Shown: in pieces, positions 61,423 through 64,000 of the stretch
Numbering within the stretch: position 1 is the stretch's first letter
How the letters are laid out: every line of letters starts with the position of its first letter
Source: Stylophora pistillata
Lineage: Eukaryota
DNA length: 64,000 nucleotides
Reading direction: 5' to 3'
Assembly: GCF_002571385.2 (NCBI RefSeq)
Contig: NW_019217904.1
Span: forward strand, 1-64,000
Position numbers and translations under genes: made by a program
The notes under the pieces: model-generated
What the model was told of the DNA's origin: nothing
Database searches by the model: none
The model's input: the letters and a program-made list of their open reading frames with translations, nothing else

Positions 61423-64000
61423 CGTTCCACTGCGCTAATGCATTGTTGTTCTAGCGGACATCCACATTGAGGTGTTAAAGTGACAGCTGTTGCAAAAAAT
61501 CCTCTGCTCAGTATTCATGTCACATTGCGGGCTCGCTGATATCAACCAGCATCTTTTTACTTACTAGTCGTAAGTCGAGTACCATTGGCTGGAGACCGTT
61601 CTACTGACAGCATCTAATGACAGCTGGCAAAACAATGAGTACGCTGACCTCCATATATCACTGGTTCTGACTCTTAAGTACAATAGATTTTGGAAAAATT
61701 CTGGTAACGTTATACTTGTGTGATCAGTGATGGAGGTACAAGTCATAAACCAAATTAAGAACTTGGGACAAGGAAGTTTGTAGACTTGTAAGTCGGACAA
61801 TTTGCGGGCTTGGATATAAATTTTTTGTCTTTACTTTTTAGACCAGACCTTGTTTAGCATGCACATTTTGTTTCCCAATTCGGACCTTGTGACAGCTCTT
61901 CAGAAAGTTATTGTTTTCAAATTGTCGAATATTTTCGTGGTTATATGAATAGTGACGAGATGATTTTTCTCCACAAGAGAAGATAATTGGGAACAATTGT
62001 GTTCTCTTGATCTTGAATTGCATGCAACAAATCCAACACAGAAAAAAACTACTGCGTGGATCTACATCAAATTATATACTCAGTGACTTACATTTAACAG
62101 GTGTAAATGAAAAGAAGCTGGTGACCAGCACATTCAAAATGGTTATCTATGTGAAAGGTTGTTAATGATGTACCGATCCCCAAAAACTCACGCAAAATTT
62201 TCAACGAAAACATCAAGAATCAACCGCTGTTGCCAAATAGGTACAAGAAAATTTATAGAAGTCTGCAAAAGGAATTAAAAGAAGGGAAGAGAAAAACTTG
62301 AGACTTTTCAAACGCAAAGCTTATTCAAATACTTTATCCTAATGTTTTAAGCTTAACTATCAATACGCCTCTGCACTTCTAAAACCCAGTGACTTACTCG
62401 CTTGTGTGGTTGATTGTAACTTTTGGACAATGTCTGCGACGAAGTCGCAGAGAGCAGTAGAAGGGCTAGACAGTCAAAACAAAGAAAAAAGGTTGAACGA
62501 ACCTCTTGGATTTATTGTGCTACAAACACAGCTGGCTCTCCCTCTCTTTCTCAAAATAAACAATTATTCTTGATTCTTATTAGAGCGAAATCTTTTTGCT
62601 TTATATTAAATCCTTCATCGACTAAGCCAAAGATAAAACCTGTCTTAACTCGAAGTCGTTTACCGTCGTTTCTTTCAATTTTGGCTAATTTTCTCACGCT
62701 GAAATTATCATACACACTCAATAGAATATATAATTTCAACTGCTAACTGTTTATCTGAAGAAGAATGCCTTCCCTACCCTCCAAAAAATCCGTTCAAAAC
62801 ATCAGGAACATTAATTTAGCGGACGGTGCCTATTTACCCCGATGGTGACCCAGTGTCGAAAACGTTTGGTTTTTACTTTTAAAATAAATTTTTGCTTGGT
62901 AAACGGCTCAAATTTAAACCCGTGCTAAGATTGAAAGGTTTTAAAATAACTTTTTCTTTGAATTTCTGTTTGTTTGTTCTCAAAGTCATATCTCAGAGTA
63001 TCGGGCACGAATTGTGTAATACCGCTAAGATTAATTGTTTTGTCCATAATGTTCGCTTAATAAAGTACATTCTATATACAAGGCTAAAAGATTAGGGAAA
63101 AAAAATTATTAAAATATTTAAACCAAACGTTTTACGCTACATTTACTCTTTCTCAAGAACAATAGAAGGACTCGGTCAGAGCACAACCTCAGTCGCCTTC
63201 TTAACACTGAGAGCAAGTTTCAGAATGAATTCCGTGATGTAATTGTGGATTTCCGATGTATGAATCATTACGCTAATCAGTGTCATTGTGCGCCGCCAAG
63301 AAACTTGAATTTCAAGGTAGGTATATGACAGGACTAACCACCATTTAGATGCATCTTTCTTGACAGAAAACGAAAGATCGCTACATGTTGTCGCTTTCTG
63401 ATCGCTGTCCCTTTTTAGTTCCTTTTTAAACAGTCACAACAGAAAAGAGAAAGCAAATACCTTCACCAAATACCGAGACGATGGCTCGTCGCGGAAAACA
63501 AGAACATTTTCCAACCTTTTCGCACAGTAAAAGAAATATCTCTCAAAGTCTAACTTAAACACGATGTAGAACTCTCAGAGTCAAGTCAGCTTGAGCTATA
63601 GCTACTCCAGAGCAGTGAACAGCGGGCGCATTCCTCGAAATTGTTTTATGTCTTCATCACAATACAAGAATTTTTGAGATTTGTATTTCCTTTCTCCAAT
63701 GGAAACTATCTTTATTTGTGGCGGTAAATTTGAGATCGAAGTAGGTGGTTCGCACGTTATCTCATGCCACCATGCTGGTGGAAGTAAACAGTAGATATCT
63801 CATTAGCTCCTTTTGTTCGTCAACTAGCATTTAAATTTGACCCGCACACGTCAACGGTGAGTGACAAATGCGCCTAGGTCTTCCCAGGGAAGACTTCTTA
63901 TATAGCGCGCCTTCGTGTTTAAAGTAGAGGCCAAGGGTTGCATTTAAGACCATTTAATGAGTTTTAAGACTAAGGAAAGTACATATACTGCGAGACTAGA

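Overview
AT-rich eukaryotic scaffold with assembly gaps (N runs at 1096-1800, 8226-8691, 11479-11536, 13043-13362, 34835-35416, 39408-40136). It is probably from an anthozoan cnidarian such as a stony coral; this is inferred from gene and repeat style, not proven. The left part (1-22 kb) is a tandem array of single-exon class A GPCR genes on the minus strand: three intact genes, one pseudogene split by insertions, and a further paralog predicted just left of the window. The array is riddled with transposable elements: four LINE RT remnants, a Penelope-like element with inverted pseudo-LTRs carrying hammerhead ribozyme motifs, tRNA-derived SINEs, a THAP-bearing AT-TSD DNA element nested in a LINE, and a 1.5-kb foldback element with phased CpG-palindrome arrays. 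The right part (27.5-64 kb) is BIRC6 (Bruce/Apollon) on the plus strand. I reconstructed 33 phase-consistent coding exons (about 3,700 codons), including one GC-AG intron; the gene continues past the window and the UBC domain is not seen. The best leads are the unusual ligand pocket of the GPCR family (Arg3.32, no TM3-ECL2 disulfide, no CWxP), the hammerhead-like motifs, the foldback element, and a sharp CpG-depletion step inside BIRC6. No definitively new system can be proven from sequence alone.
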